The position numbers and the translations under genes were made by a program. A DNA stretch of 64,000 nucleotides from Octopus sinensis (lineage: Eukaryota): contig NC_043000.1 of NCBI RefSeq assembly GCF_006345805.1, forward strand, positions 5,704,001 to 5,768,000, written 5' to 3'. Every line of letters starts with the position of its first letter. Positions within the stretch are counted from its first letter, which is position 1. Shown in pieces: positions 12,206 through 25,622 of the stretch. The notes under the pieces are model-generated. The model ran no database searches. It was not told the origin of the DNA and saw only the letters and a list, made by a program, of their open reading frames with translations.

Positions 12206-12347
12206 TCACATTCAACTACTGCGTTGTAGAAGTTCTTTTTCAGATTCTCTGGGAACTTTGATTTCCACTATAAAGACTCAGTATAAAATGATAAATCAAG
12301 GAATTTGAAAACTAACTTCTTTCGGGCAGTGATGGAAATTGTATAGT

Positions 12348-12655
12348 GAAGGTTCGTGACCTAGTGGTTAGTGTGTTCGGCTGACGATCATAATGTCGTA
12401 GGTTCGATTCTTGATCCAAGCGGCGTATTGTGTTCTTGAGCAAGGCACTTCGTTTCACATCGCTCCAGTCTACTTAGCTGGTAACTAATACCAGCTGAGT
12501 ATTGATGCAGCTCTCTCTCTCTCCCTCTCTCTCGTCTCTTTCCCGCTCTCTTCCTCTCTTTCCCTCCCCCCTCTCTCTCTCTAGCTTCCACACCCTGCAT
12601 GTGCCACTAGATCAAAGAGTGTGAGACTAAAGAGTGTATCTATATCTGCGGGCGA
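12348..12655 (+). mobile_element. SINE G, copy 2
   Basis: TAGTGGTTAG...GGTTCGATTC...TTCTTGAGCAAGGCACTT, then CT tract and tail. Confidence 0.6.
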
Positions 12656-13469
12656 CATCATAGGCAACTGAAGCAATTAGCGAAAGCATTGTACAGGCTT
12701 CCAATTCGTAATCGTTTCACCAGTGACAGCTAACCCTAATGAATCTTTGTTACTTTATGGCTCTTCCACTGAGAGATTGACTTTAATCCTTAAGACTATT
12801 CGTTAATTAGTCAAATTAAGTAAATGACATTGAGGAGTTTCTCAAGGACGCCTTCTGCACGTTTCGACGCATAAGAGAACTTCGCCATTGATGTATCTTC
12901 TCTGTATTAAATCAGCCTCTTTTGTTTCTATGTCTGGTTTCTAGTCCACTCAGATGACAAAAAGGAATAATGCCTATGATGGTATTATTGATGATGATGA
13001 TGATGATGATGAGGATGATGATGATAATGATGATGATGATGATGATCTTGATTTTTTATTGGCCACAAAGTATCAAAACATTGGGGAGCATATCACAGGG
13101 TGAAATACAACATGTAAAAGTTGGGGTTTACATAAATTAGTAGGGAATCAACAGTAATTATGATATAACAAAAGATATGAAGAATGAAACAATAATAATG
13201 TGAGCACTCAGGGAGCGCAAACCTCCGCCAACGCAACACCAATGTCCTCTCAAGGATTAACCGGAGATGATTTTTAAAATGAAAATATCTGAAGTAAATT
13301 CCTTCAATGAATATCAGGAAACCTTTCAGATTTCTCTTCTCTTAAATTCCGGTCTTTCTATAGTGATCCTGTTGTTTTATGTATATACATACATACATAC
13401 ATAGATAGGTAGGTAAGTAGGTAGGTAGATAGATAGATAGATAGATGATATATAGATATTATGCGTCGG

Positions 13470-13670
13470 TATCTGTATTTGTCCCCACTATCGCTTCACA
13501 ACTGGTATTGGTGTGTTGATGTTCCCGTAACTTACCAGTTCGGCAAAGAAATCAATAGAGTAAGTATAAGGCTTAAAAATAAAATCGATACATTCGACTA
13601 AAAATTCTCCAAATTTTCCAACGTGGTGCTCCATCATGGCCGCAGTTTAATGACTGAAACAATTAAAAGT
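13470..13670 (+). mobile_element. SINE B 3' part
   Basis: TTTGTCCCC...GTTCGGCAAA...GGTGCTCCATCATGGCCGCAG...TGACTGAAACAA. Confidence 0.75.
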
Positions 13671-14272
13671 GAGAGCCAGAGAGTTGTTATTTCTGTTTGT
13701 TTTATACAACGCGACAGGACATAAAACTCGCGGACCACAAAACCTTTTGTGTGAACCACAACAGTAATCACAATTGTAGGCTGTCTGAATGTTTCTTAAT
13801 AGTTTCTCGTAATCAGGAAAGTAAGGGCAAGGAATACGATAACAGAATGAAGTTGTCGTTAATAATCTCCAACATTTACGTGTCTTAAGGGAGTCTGTTT
13901 CACTTCACATACATGAGAGCTATCAATAGAAATTTTGATGATACGTGTAACTATTTTCAAGCAGTATTAAGTTAGATTAATATCTCAACAGGAACGTACG
14001 GTATCGATAATCGATCATTGAATGATATATCTTTTACCTTTGTCATATGCTAATCAGTATCTATACACTACACCCATCTTATATACGAGTTCTAGAAACA
14101 ATACAGAACGTATTCGAAATAAATGTCTTTAATGGTAATCGATACGACAAGCCCTCGGCTGAATAGTTGGAATTTTATTGACAAGGCAGATTGCAGCTCT
14201 CAGGTAAACGACGCAGATCGCATAAAATATAACAAACTTTGACGTTGACCAATAGATATTATCATGGTGATC

Positions 14273-14645
14273 AAGCAGCCGTGGCTTTGTGGTAAGAAGC
14301 TTGCTTCCCAACCATACGGTTCCGGGTTCAATCCCACTGCGTGGCACCTATGCACATGTGCCTTCTACTATACCCTTAAGTTGACAAAAGACTCGTGAGT
14401 GGACTTAGTAGACGGAAACTGAAAGAAATCCGTCTTGTGTGCGTGTGTGTGTGTATGTCTTAGTGTGTATTTGGCCCCTACCACCGCTTGATAACCGTTG
14501 CTCGTGTTTCACGTCACCGTAACCTAGCGGTTTAACAAAAGAGACCGATAGAATAAGTAATAAGCTTTTAAAAATGGTATGTACTGCGGGCGATTCATTC
14601 GACTAAAACACAAGAAACATTCTCTAAGGCGGTGCCCAAGCATAG
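14273..14645 (+). mobile_element. SINE B
   Basis: GTGGTAAGAAGCTTGCTTCCCAACC...GGTTCAATCCC; internal GT tract. Confidence 0.85.
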
Positions 14646-15826
14646 TACTCCAGCATATGCATATATATATATATATATATGTATATGTATATATAGTGCA
14701 GGCTTTGCTTATTAGAGAAAATGCACATCTTATTCAAAGACAATAATTCTTTGAATCAAAGAAGTGAGTTAATGAACTTATGTAGGCACGCGGCTAAATT
14801 TAAAATGTCGAATATAAATATACCATATGGATAGAGTATATATTTTGTATTTTGATTTTTGATTTTGATTTTGACTCTTGAGCGCTACGACGGATCTATA
14901 GCAAAGTCTTATTGTTTCTACATATATATTAGGAAAAACCTACAAACTTTGTTTTCATGTTATTGTATTGCATAGGATTACCTTAATTATTTATATTACC
15001 TTGATTATTTATAAATGACCCAAAATAGGATGTTATATTTTATTTTATATGTCTTTCGTATATATTTTTATTAATGCACCCATTTTTTTTAAAAGCAATG
15101 TTTTTTTAAAAAAAAGCAATGTTGTCAAAATTAGAATGTTTATATAAGTATGTGTATAGCAAAGCATATGTATTTGTAAGCATGCGTATCTGTGTATGTG
15201 TAAGTGAAAGTATGCTTGTGCTTAAGCACGCATACACACGACGGTATGTATATGTATCAATTCAAACTTGTGTATGTATACTGGCCTCTATAGATGCCAA
15301 TAACATCGCTACAAGTTCCTTTTTCTCTCTTTCCCTTTCTTTCGTTCCCCCTCCTTGCTCAGTATATGAGAATTGCTACATAGATGAATTTTAGCTTGCG
15401 TGCGAGACGGTTTGCGTGAATATATGTACACATGCTTTTATGTGTATAATTTAGATTCATATTCATACGTCTGTATATGTATGTATGGCGTTTACGCGCA
15501 TCCTTTTGTGTATGTTGATATATATATGTGGATTTTAATATAAATATGTATTGCAGTATTTATAACGGGTTTAATTTCTATGCATTAATTTGTACTGTCT
15601 TCATTAACGGCAATAGGTTTTTTCCTCGGTTTTTTCCTCGGATTTTATAATTTTTATAATTTTTATAAGTTTTTTTATATATATATACATATATTTTTGA
15701 CCTTTTTGTTTATCGCTCGAAGATTGACCGTTTTTTCTAAAGGGCCAATCAAACAAGTCCATTTCTTTTTAAAGGTGTAGCGTTTGTAAGAGTATAGATT
15801 GAATTAATATATAAGTTCCATTCTAG

Positions 15827-15876
15827 CAAAAACTGTCTGATGAACGGCAACGAGAAACTCAGAGTAACAGATTTTG
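15827..15876 (+). ncRNA. Minimal hammerhead ribozyme candidate
   Basis: CAAAAACTGT-CTGATGA-ACG-GCAA-CGA-GAAA-CTCAGAG-TA-ACAGATTTTG; extended stem I; quasi-palindromic stem III; GUA triplet. Confidence 0.72.
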
Positions 15877-15923
15877 TTGAATTTTCTGCTGCTTAAAATA
15901 AAGTATATATATATATATGTATG

Positions 15924-16018
<95 letters not shown>

Positions 16019-16080
16019 TATATATATTATATATATATATATATGTATGTATGTATATATATATATATGTGTGTATGTAC

Positions 16081-16402
16081 ATTGGACAAGTGTCTTCTAC
16101 TATAGCCTCCAGCCTGCCAAAGCCTGTGAAATGATCTGGTTGAAGGAAACTGAAAGAAACCCGTTGCATGTATATGTGTGTGTTTTTTTCTCTGTGTTTG
16201 TCCCCCCCTCCTTACCACCATTACTTGACAACCGATATTGGTGTGTTTACGTCCCATATCATAACGGTTCGGCAAAAAAGAGGCCGATAGAATAAGTACC
16301 AGGCTTACAAAGTATGAGTCCTGGGGGCGATTTGTTCGACTCAAAGGCAGTGCTCCAGCATGGCGGCAGTCAAATGACTGAAGAAAGTAAAAGAATAAAA
16401 GA
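16081..16402 (+). mobile_element. SINE B, 5'-truncated
   Basis: CAAGTGTCTTCTACTATAGCC...TGACTGAAGAAAGTAAAAGA. Confidence 0.85.
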
Positions 16403-16413
16403 ATTTATATATA

Positions 16414-16926
16414 CAGGGTGCGGTGAATAAATTGTCGTCTAAATTATGCAAAAATGGAAATAGCTTCTGTGGCATGGGGCAGGGTCCTGTTGCCAGACAC
16501 AGGGTCTTCCAGCAGCCACCCTCTTGATCCAGGGCAGCACTACCTCCTCCAGGCACTTGACAAAGGGTTCCGTATTGCAACTGAGGCCATGTTGGAAGAT
16601 GGATGGAGGCATAACGTCGACGTCACTGGTGATCATTCCAAACACCATGATGTCGGCTGGATGTTTGATTGGATGTTTGATTTTTATCAGGTTTTGTGGA
16701 TGCGGCAAGACAACAGTCATTCTGGGTTTCACCATCTGTTCGTAATGGAGCTTCCAGCGCCAGTGCCAAGCAATACACCATGTCGTTCCAAATTTCTGGC
16801 AGAGTGTATTGAGTCATGGAGCAGTTTCTCTCACAGAGAGTGCCCAATTGACAAAATCAAAAGCAGACAATAGGCATGCGCGAAATAAAAAATATCAAAT
16901 GGCGACAGCTTACCCATCGCACCCTA
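16414..16926 (-). mobile_element. Internally deleted Tc1/mariner element (maT/DD37D-like) with both TIRs
   Basis: TIRs CAGGGTGCGGTGAATAAATTGTCGTC and, reverse-complemented, TAGGGTGCGATGGGTAAGCTGTCGCC; TA on both sides; peptide IMVFGMITSD...LEEVVLPWIKRVAAGRPCVWQQDPAPCH. Confidence 0.85.
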
Positions 16927-16981
16927 TATGTAAGTATGTATGTATGTATGTACGAGTGAGTAGTCAAACGAAAGACTCCAA

Positions 16982-17021
16982 TGTCCGAAGATTAGCTACA
17001 CGCTTGAAACACAGGGTACCA
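16982..17021 (+). ncRNA. Degenerate hammerhead-like motif
   Basis: CCGAAGA-TTAGC-TACAC-GCTT-GAAAC-ACAGG-GTA; U4C change, weak stem I. Confidence 0.4.
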
Positions 17022-17091
17022 AAGAGTTTAAATTACATTGCTTTGATCAATATATATATATATATTATATATATATATATATATAATATAT

Positions 17092-17138
<47 letters not shown>

Positions 17139-17140
17139 TT

Positions 17141-17178
17141 TATAATTAGGTTTCAGCAACGATTTGCTTCACCACATA
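17141..17178 (-). ncRNA. Degenerate hammerhead-like motif
   Basis: Minus: TAT-GTGGTGA-AGCAA-ATCG-TTGCT-GAAAC-CTA-ATT-ATA; perfect stem II, two core changes. Confidence 0.38.
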
Positions 17179-17333
17179 CCGAAGTTTAGAAATAGCAGTC
17201 AAAAAATCCTAGCTATTCCTTCTACTTTAAAAGGGGCTGAACCCTATTTATAAAGTATTACCATGAAATGGTCTTTTTCATGCCGAATTCTACTTGGTGA
17301 AATTACTGATTACTTCTTAATTAATTCGTTAAT

Positions 17334-17556
17334 AAACGAAGACACACACACACACGGACACACACACAGACACACACACACAGAGTATTTCAAAACAATA
17401 CTTTCTATACATATGTATGGATGGTGATTTTAGTTTTTAAAATGTTAAAATTACCATTTTCCATAAATGCATATATATAAATATAAATAAATAAATGTAT
17501 GTATGTATATAGGTATGCATGTATGTATATATGTATATATATATAATATATATATA

Positions 17557-17587
<31 letters not shown>

Positions 17588-17809
17588 CATATATACATAC
17601 CATGCATACATATATACATACATGCATACCTATATACATACATACATCAACATATTTATTATATTTATATATATGCATTTATGGAAAATGGTAAATTTTA
17701 ACATTTTAAAACTAAAATCACCATCCATACATATGTATAGAAAGTATTGTTTTGAAATACTCTGTGTGTGTGCGTCTGTGTGTGTGTCCGTGTGTGTGTG
17801 TCTTCGTTT
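17334..17809. repeat. Long inverted repeat with ~205-bp arms around a TA-rich spacer
   Basis: 17334-17540 is a near-perfect reverse complement of 17605-17809. Confidence 0.92.
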
Positions 17810-18128
17810 GATGGGTTGTAAGTATATATATACATATATATATATATAAATATAGGGACGGTATTATTAAAATACCATCACAAGTGGTAAGCGAATTATC
17901 AGTCATACAGGCAAATTAATAAAATATATACATACAATATTAGATATGCACATATATACACAAGGGTACTACATGAGTACCTATATCGCTAAAGATAGAA
18001 GTCAAAAAATACTTCTGTACCACCGAATAGTCACAAATCTATTACAGACAAGATAGGAAAAAATATCAGTGAACAATAATGTCTTACCTCAAATGGGTCA
18101 GGACAAGAAAATGCTGGTTAATATATAC

Positions 18129-18245
<117 letters not shown>

Positions 18246-18780
18246 TTTTCCGCGCGTTTCCTTGCTTACAGCTTCCCATTTGAATTCTCGAAACTGATTT
18301 AGTATTTTTTTCTCCTCCAAACTTCTTACATTTTTGATGCTCCTACCACGGCTCTTATCCTCCTTCACATTTTGTTTTTCATTGTTCTCAACATTACTGC
18401 TTCCTCCACCACGTACCTCATTTTTGCACGCAACAATTCAACCGACCTTGCTTTTTCATTGCTCTCAACATTCTCGCCCTGAGTATTTTACTAACTTTAA
18501 TCGTCCAGTACTTACGACGACATCATTTCGATAAACAACAATATAAAAAGTGATTTATACACTACTCCATGAGTCGAAGTAGATTACAGAAAATTGGACG
18601 TAGCAATACGTTCTTCAGTCGTAACAGTGTATTGATTCCGTTTATCCTCTAACATTCAAGTATGATCGTTTTATACGTGTATATGTGTATACATACATAC
18701 ACAATAAACACATGTATATGTGTATATATATATACATACATATATATTTATATATATATATATATATATACATACATATA

Positions 18781-18820
<40 letters not shown>

Positions 18821-18859
18821 CGTACATAAATATATACTATGTATATATATACATGCATG

Positions 18860-18902
<43 letters not shown>

Positions 18903-18910
18903 GTATATAT

Positions 18911-19073
18911 GGCGCAGGAGTGTCTGTGTGGTAAGAAGCTTGCTTCCCGACCACATGGTTCTGGATTTAGTCCCACTGCGTGGCACCTTGGGCAAGTGTC
19001 TTCTACTCTAGTCGCGAGCCAACCAAAGCCATGTGGGTGGATTTGGTAGAAGGAAACTGAAAGAAGCCCGTCG

Positions 19074-19138
<65 letters not shown>

Positions 19139-19342
19139 TGTTTCTTTGTTTGTCCCCCCACTATCGCTTGACAATCTGTTGGTGTGTTTACATCCCATAA
19201 CTTAGCGGTTCGGCAAAACAGACCGGTAGAATAAGTACTAGCCTTACAAAGAATAAGTCCTGGGGTCGATTTGTTCGACTAAAGGCGATGTTCCAGCATG
19301 GCCACAGTCAAATGACTGAAACAAGTAAAAGAATAAAAGAAT
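18911..19342 (+). mobile_element. SINE B, full length, with internal (TA)/(GT) tract
   Basis: GGCGCAGGAGTG...CACCTTGGGCAAGTGTCTTC (CORE-like)...GACTGAAACAAGTAAAAGA. Confidence 0.92.
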
Positions 19343-20869
19343 ATATATATATATATATATGAATTGTGAGGTCTATCCATAAATCAGATGTCTCTGTCTC
19401 TATCAACGATTGTATAGCTAAAAGACATCCCGGAACATGGCGTTTAGCTCTAGTATGAACGTGGGTGCTTCCGGAAGATGATGATTAGTCAATCAGATCG
19501 CTTGCTCCCAAAGCCTTTACTTTCTGTAACGGACGCAATAGTTTTTGAGGTTATGAAAGATGGCTGTTGTTCAAAAGGCAGCGTTGTGGGGCCGAACTCG
19601 GCACTACGCGATTTCGAGGCGAACTTCTTGAACCATTGGCTATTCTTGCACGCACATCTGCCCTCATTGCTTTGCTTTTATCGCCTGAAGTTGATAAAAT
19701 CAGTACACTAGGGAAGTGGGGTATATGTGATCAGATATTGACCCATACAGATAAAAGGATAGATTGCGCCTAGTCGAAACAATCAATATTTAAGAAGCTA
19801 CTTTTTTCTTCTTTTTTTACGAAAGGACATCAAAGCATTAAAATATGTTAGAAGTACGTATTATACAAATACTTGCCACCTTGAATGCAAGGGAAAAGTT
19901 TAATGGCTATTTTTTCCCTCATAAATAGACAAGCAATAATCAGTGTTAAAAAGCTTGACAGTGCATAAAAAGAAAAGATTATAAAAATTTAGAGATATTA
20001 CTTCCGTTACAATTACTAAACAACAATACACACCCGACGTTATGTATACAGTAATATACATAATACATAACGTTCCTGCTTAATCTACCCGTGACAAGCT
20101 ACTATAACTAGCATTTCGATCGATAACCGAGATTCATTGATCCGCAAAGCTTTTTCTATCCATTTCTCATTCCATATAATTTGCTGTCACTTTTCCTGTG
20201 GTCGTACTTATCAATTCCTTTTATCTCAACGTTCGAGTCTGTCTCCTTTTTTTCTTCTTTTTCTTCTTGCTGTTTTTTTTTTTATATTTATCCATTTATT
20301 TATTTATTTGACATGACATCTCTTTCTACCAGATGTGATCTATTGGAAATGAATAATTGGTTGAAATAAGTAAAGATACCTAAAGAACATCAGACAAAGC
20401 GTGTAAAGGAGGAAGAGAGAGAAAGAGAGAAAAAGGTGAAGTTAGAGATAGAGAAAGAGAGAGAATGAAAGAGAGAGAGACAGCATGTAGCTGGGGGAGA
20501 AGAAATATGAGATAGAAAAGGGTAAAATATGGATAAAAAACCCATCAGGACAATAGAATCTTGTCTGCTCTTGACGATTCTTAAAGGTAATGTACTAATG
20601 ACATCAATATTTGGTCGGAATTTGGTTGAATTGCAGACGACAGCTAATAGTGTTTCTAATATTTGTTATCTCAGCCTTTGTGAAGAATAATCTTGAAAGA
20701 AATATGATAACGAGAGGTGGTGAATTTTAGACATTCCTCAGTATATTATAAGTTTTCTGGTGTTATTTATTTATATATTTATTATTTCTTTTTAGCGAAG
20801 ATTCATCCTTGCATTATAGAGATAAATGTGATCGATTTATTTGTGTGTTTATAAAGTTTGTGCTTTCAT

Positions 20870-21030
20870 AACAAAATTTTTTGGAATAAGATAATGTACT
20901 TCTGATTTAGACACAAGGCCAACAATTTTTAATAGGTGGGAGTTAGTCAGTAGCTGATCCCCAGTATTTGACTGGTACTGTATCGACACCAGGGGGATGA
21001 AAGTCGCAACTGACCGTGGAGATTTGGCCA
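20870..21030 (-). mobile_element. Old SINE A variant fragment
   Basis: CACAAGGCC...CCCCAGT...TGACTGGTACT...GGATGAAAG. Confidence 0.55.
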
Positions 21031-21319
21031 TAAGAAAATATAAATTGTCAATAGTTTCAATTTGGAGTTTATTTTCTGCTTTAAACGTTGAAGAATCAAA
21101 CAACGTAAATAGCTATCGCTTTGCAGGAAAATAAAAAATAATTCTCTCCATAGAACTAGTTCCAATTTGTCCCCAGAAAATCGCAGGGAAGGAGCCCTCA
21201 GTGCAAGAAGGTTTCCCTCAAATCTTTTGCGAATATTTTTTGGAAAAGAAAGGACACATTGTGCAATAGAGAGATATACTTGTTGGATCTCTCTCAAAGT
21301 AAAACAGTGACTTTGTTAT

Positions 21320-21480
21320 TGGTGCAGACGTATAGTGAAGAAGCTTGCTTTGAAACCATGTGGTTTCAGGGTCAGTGCCACCGTGTGGTACCTTGGGCAA
21401 GTGTCTTCTACTATATCCCGGGTCGACCGACACTTGGTGATGGAACTGGTTGACAGAAACTATGGAAGCCGAACGTATAT
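21320..21480 (+). mobile_element. SINE B head
   Basis: GAAGAAGCTTGCTT...ACCTTGGGCAAGTGTCTTCTACTAT. Confidence 0.75.
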
Positions 21481-21611
21481 ATAATATATATAACACTGTG
21501 TAAGACGATTTTTGTATTTGGGTAGTAGCTGTTATTTCCTATTTGCTTATCTCTAGAAAGTATGAAACATGGCTAATATTTCTTTCAAACTTTACTTGTG
21601 TTATATTGATT

Positions 21612-21771
21612 CAAACCCCAAAGAATCCTTCCCAACACATGGCTATGATACTCCCCATATTCCTGCTCCTGACCAGAGATGCACATGCTGTCAGCTACTA
21701 ACGGACATACTTAAGAGGATAAGGTCAAACAAGTGACAAGCAAATCTGTTTTATTGAGCAGAATATTTGCT
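21612..21771 (+). repeat. Dispersed repeat F, copy 1
   Basis: Similar to the reverse complement of 54481-54640. Confidence 0.75.
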
Positions 21772-23439
21772 ATTCAGATATTTCTGCTTCAGCAACTCAG
21801 CGCTGATATCCAGGTCACAAAGGAAAAGTTTGAAGGGAGTAAAAGTAATTCCCTTTGATTCCAAGATAGAAGTAAATAGGAAATAATACTTACTGACCAA
21901 ACACAAAAAAAAAAGAAATTTTAATTTTGTCACTTAGTGTAATCATAGCTTTATCTCCAAAACGATGCCGAAACAGCAAGTGATTTGGACTGATGCTTCT
22001 ATACTTTATAGATTCTGTAACACTTTAAAGACAATTTCTAAGTGGAAGTCATCCTACAGTTTTAATAGACAAGGTTACTTATATATAATGCTAATTTGGA
22101 ACAATTAATGCATAATTCGTCTTTAAAGAAACTGTTGGAAGTGTTACTGATGTAAACGGGAGGTGGGGAGTATTTATTGATTTATTCCAATCTAATTGAA
22201 TACATAGTTTTTATTCACTTTATTTATTTATTTATTTATTTATTACTTGAATGTATTATTGATATTAATATAAGCTGCTTAATAGAAGTGTAAACAAATA
22301 ATATTAAATTAGAAGCAAGGGAAACAAAATCAGAGTCAGTCAGGACTAGAGACGATCTGTCATGGCAATAAAAACAATAAAACAGTTAATGATATTCATA
22401 AATAAATAAACAAGTTCTGTTTTATGGTTTAATCAGAGGCCGAAGAGCAGAGGCTGTGACCTTTTTCAAGCTCGCCGACAATGGTTAATGGAGGGAAGGA
22501 ACCCTGGCTCAAATGCTTGCAACAGAATGGACTTGGCTAAAGACAACAATTGGACAACTTACCTTGTACTGGTGACAGATTAAATCTAGCACCATAGGTT
22601 GTTGCAGATTATTTTAATCTCAGAATAACACTTACTGAGTTGACTTATCATTAAAGGCGCTCAAGCCGTGACTATTCTATCTTAATGTTTATCACAAACC
22701 AATATGTTCTTTATTTATGACGGTATGATGTGGTTCGTAGAAGACTTAACTAACGTTTAAGGTGGTGTAACCGTGTAGAGATTCCTTCATTGGCTCTTGA
22801 CGAATCCCAACGTTTTGAGTCACACTCTTTTCCATTATACAGCTTGTCTCTTACTTTTTTAGGAATTAAGATGTCAGTAATCTTAGAAGAATGAATTATG
22901 CTTTGTTTATTTTGAGTGATAAAATATGAATTGAATTCTCTAAGAATATTTCCCATTAGTAACAGTCGAGCCATGTTCCAATGCTAAATATGTGTTTAGG
23001 TTTCATTTCTATAAACAGGCTTCTTTTTATACAAATATACAAAGCCAACGTGCAAATCAGCAACAAGCAAAAAAACGAAAGCCTTTATTGAAATTGACGC
23101 TTCATCTTTTTGCTTGACATTTCAACTTAATTATCTCTAAACACAAGGTATGTGACAACTGTCGGCCTTCTAATTAATCTCTTTATACATCTCTAGAGTA
23201 AGTCTGTGTGCATTTTGAAACCTATGAAGCATGTGTGTCTACGTAAATATTTGTTGATGATTTCATTGTGACTAACTTCGAAGTTATTTTACACTTTATT
23301 TGTCTGCGACGTTCGAAGATGCACTTCGAGCAGACAGACAATATCCATGCTGACTTGTTCAATGAGCCACATCTCAAAACTAAGAACAAGACGTGTATGT
23401 GTGTGTGTGTGTGTGTGTGTATGTGTGTGTGTGTGAGAG

Positions 23440-23960
23440 AGAATTGTTTTTGGCTGATGATTATATCTTTGTCTTCCATAGTGTGGAGCGCTTGCAGAGC
23501 TTGGTCGATGCTTTTGACGGTGGCGCCACCAAGTTCAGCTTGAAAAGGAACAACTGGAAAACGGAAGGTTTTCTTTATCAGCTAAGTCCTGACTCGAAGC
23601 AAGAGACACAATTCGAGTCAGTCGTTATCAAAAAGCAGCTGCTAGTAGAGACAAGCCACTTTATCTGTTCCATACAATCAGTAATAATTGGCAGGTATAG
23701 GCACATTGGAGAACAAGATTGCAGAATGAGCACAGCCAACTGGGTACTTGAAAGGTTGAAAGTGTGACCGAGAAACAACAAGGACGTGTTGGGCCAAGAG
23801 TATTGACCGATAGTAGGATTGCTCGATATTCCACGGATCAGAGAGTATAGACGATATAAGGCAAACAGATAGCAAAAATTGCACGTATTCTTGTTGAGAC
23901 ACTCGAGACAGATCATGCCACACTATTTACAGTATGTGGGTCGTTTACATTACTGTTGGT
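23440..23960 (+). pseudogene. RTE-clade LINE RT C-terminal fragment
   Basis: ELFLADD...VERLQSLVDAF...KFSL..N..KTEGFLYQ. Confidence 0.7.
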
Positions 23961-24239
23961 TACGTGATATAACTATACGTAAGTTCAAAGGTAGTAAAAT
24001 AAATTGTAGGATTTAAATTAGCCGGTTTATGTTGTTATATTAACTGTGTATTCTTATTTTCATTGATCTTGTTTGTACATTTTCGGCTTCATATTTAAAA
24101 CCTCTGCTTATATCACTATACTTCTTTACAATTTATATATTTACTTCTTAAGTTAGTGACGGTAGTTTCTTCGTATCAGCAGATCATGCGGTTGAGCGGT
24201 GCGCCCTCAAGAGCCAATGAAAACCAATCTTTCATGTAG

Positions 24240-24730
24240 AACTTTTCTTCCTGCTTGCATTTAGAAGTTTTAAAGTGAAAGTCTGTCTGCGCTATCCAAC
24301 TCCAATCTTTAGACTTAGATATCTAACCACAATGGTTCAACGAGCTAATATAGCTACGGTGGCTAGCAAGCTGTAGGTTTTACATTCGAGTGGCCTTATC
24401 TCAGATGAATTGCCTTACAATGCTGGAGAGCTCCACCTACCCTTGAGTGGCCAGATGGCTGTCAGGGAGGGCACCGACCAACCGAAGGACTCTACAACTT
24501 GATTTGCTGTCGAGGTTTATTTCTATTGCCTTTTCCTTTCTCATGGCAAGTACAAGGCAGTGAGTATTTGTGCTTAGAGTTTGTTTTGTTTTGTTTTTTT
24601 CCATAGCATGTTGAGACCCTAGTAGGTGCTACTGCTGCGGATCAGAATAGACTTGGGGACAAAAGTGTATAAGAGTTATTTCCACACTCCTCAAACCCCC
24701 CGGAACTCTCGAACCAGGGCCGCACTACTG
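24240..24730 (-). mobile_element. Probable RTE-type LINE 5'UTR fragment
   Basis: Minus strand GGGTAGGTGGAGCTCTCCAGCATTGTAAGGCAATTCATCTGAGATAAGGCCACTC resembles recalled RTE/BovB 5'UTR motifs; not verified. Confidence 0.45.
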
Positions 24731-25270
24731 GATGCAATTTAAAGTTATATCCACGACAAAATTTCAGATTGTAATATGCTCCAAAAAGCATATAATTTAT
24801 GAAATGTTGTTTACTAAAATTTGCACACAGTTTACAGAGCTCAATGATGTATACAAATTATCTAAGAATCTACTAAGAAATTGCATCATGCATCTTTGGA
24901 AAAACTACTTTTTTTTATAATATGTTAGATAATCAAGATGGCGATGTTGCTTTTTATGTTATAATACACCTTTTTCTTAAATATTTAGAAATACTTTCAT
25001 ACAGACGAAAAAAATTCTTAACCAAAAAACTCCTTAAATTATCAATATACCGAATAAAAATATGTGCAAGTCTAAAAGCTTGACTGAAAAAGTTACTTAA
25101 CCTGCAAATGTAATTAATAATTACTTGCATGCAATAATGTTCAAACATTAAGAAACTTTAGAGCGCACGTGAAACACATTTATATATACATGTTTATCAT
25201 GTATATTACATTTATATATATAAGGAAAATAAGACAAGGTAGAAAATGGTAATGTTATATTTGTACACAG

Positions 25271-25346
<76 letters not shown>

Positions 25347-25351
25347 GTATA

Positions 25352-25432
<81 letters not shown>

Positions 25433-25447
25433 TTGTAGAGAGAGAGA

Positions 25448-25590
25448 CATACAGGTGTATGGTTAAGACGATCGCTTTGCATCACGTAGTTTCCGGTTCA
25501 GTCCCAATGCGCGGCACCTTGGGCGAGTCTCTTCTTTTATAGCCCAGGATCGACCAGTGCCTTGTAAGTGAATATAGTGAGTGGAGACTC
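25448..25590 (+). mobile_element. SINE B head
   Basis: GGTTCAGTCCCAATGCGCGGCACCTTGGGCGAGT. Confidence 0.75.
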
Positions 25591-25591
25591 A

Positions 25592-25622
<31 letters not shown>

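Noticed and set aside
13040-13320. Probable old repeat fragments (LINE-like tail; GAGCGCAAACCTCCGCCA motif)
   Set aside because: Single occurrences in the window; the family cannot be supported from the sequence alone.
18560-18625. Minus-strand CTGAAGA followed by an ACGTA/TACGT hairpin
   Set aside because: No GAAA after the stem and no stems I or III.
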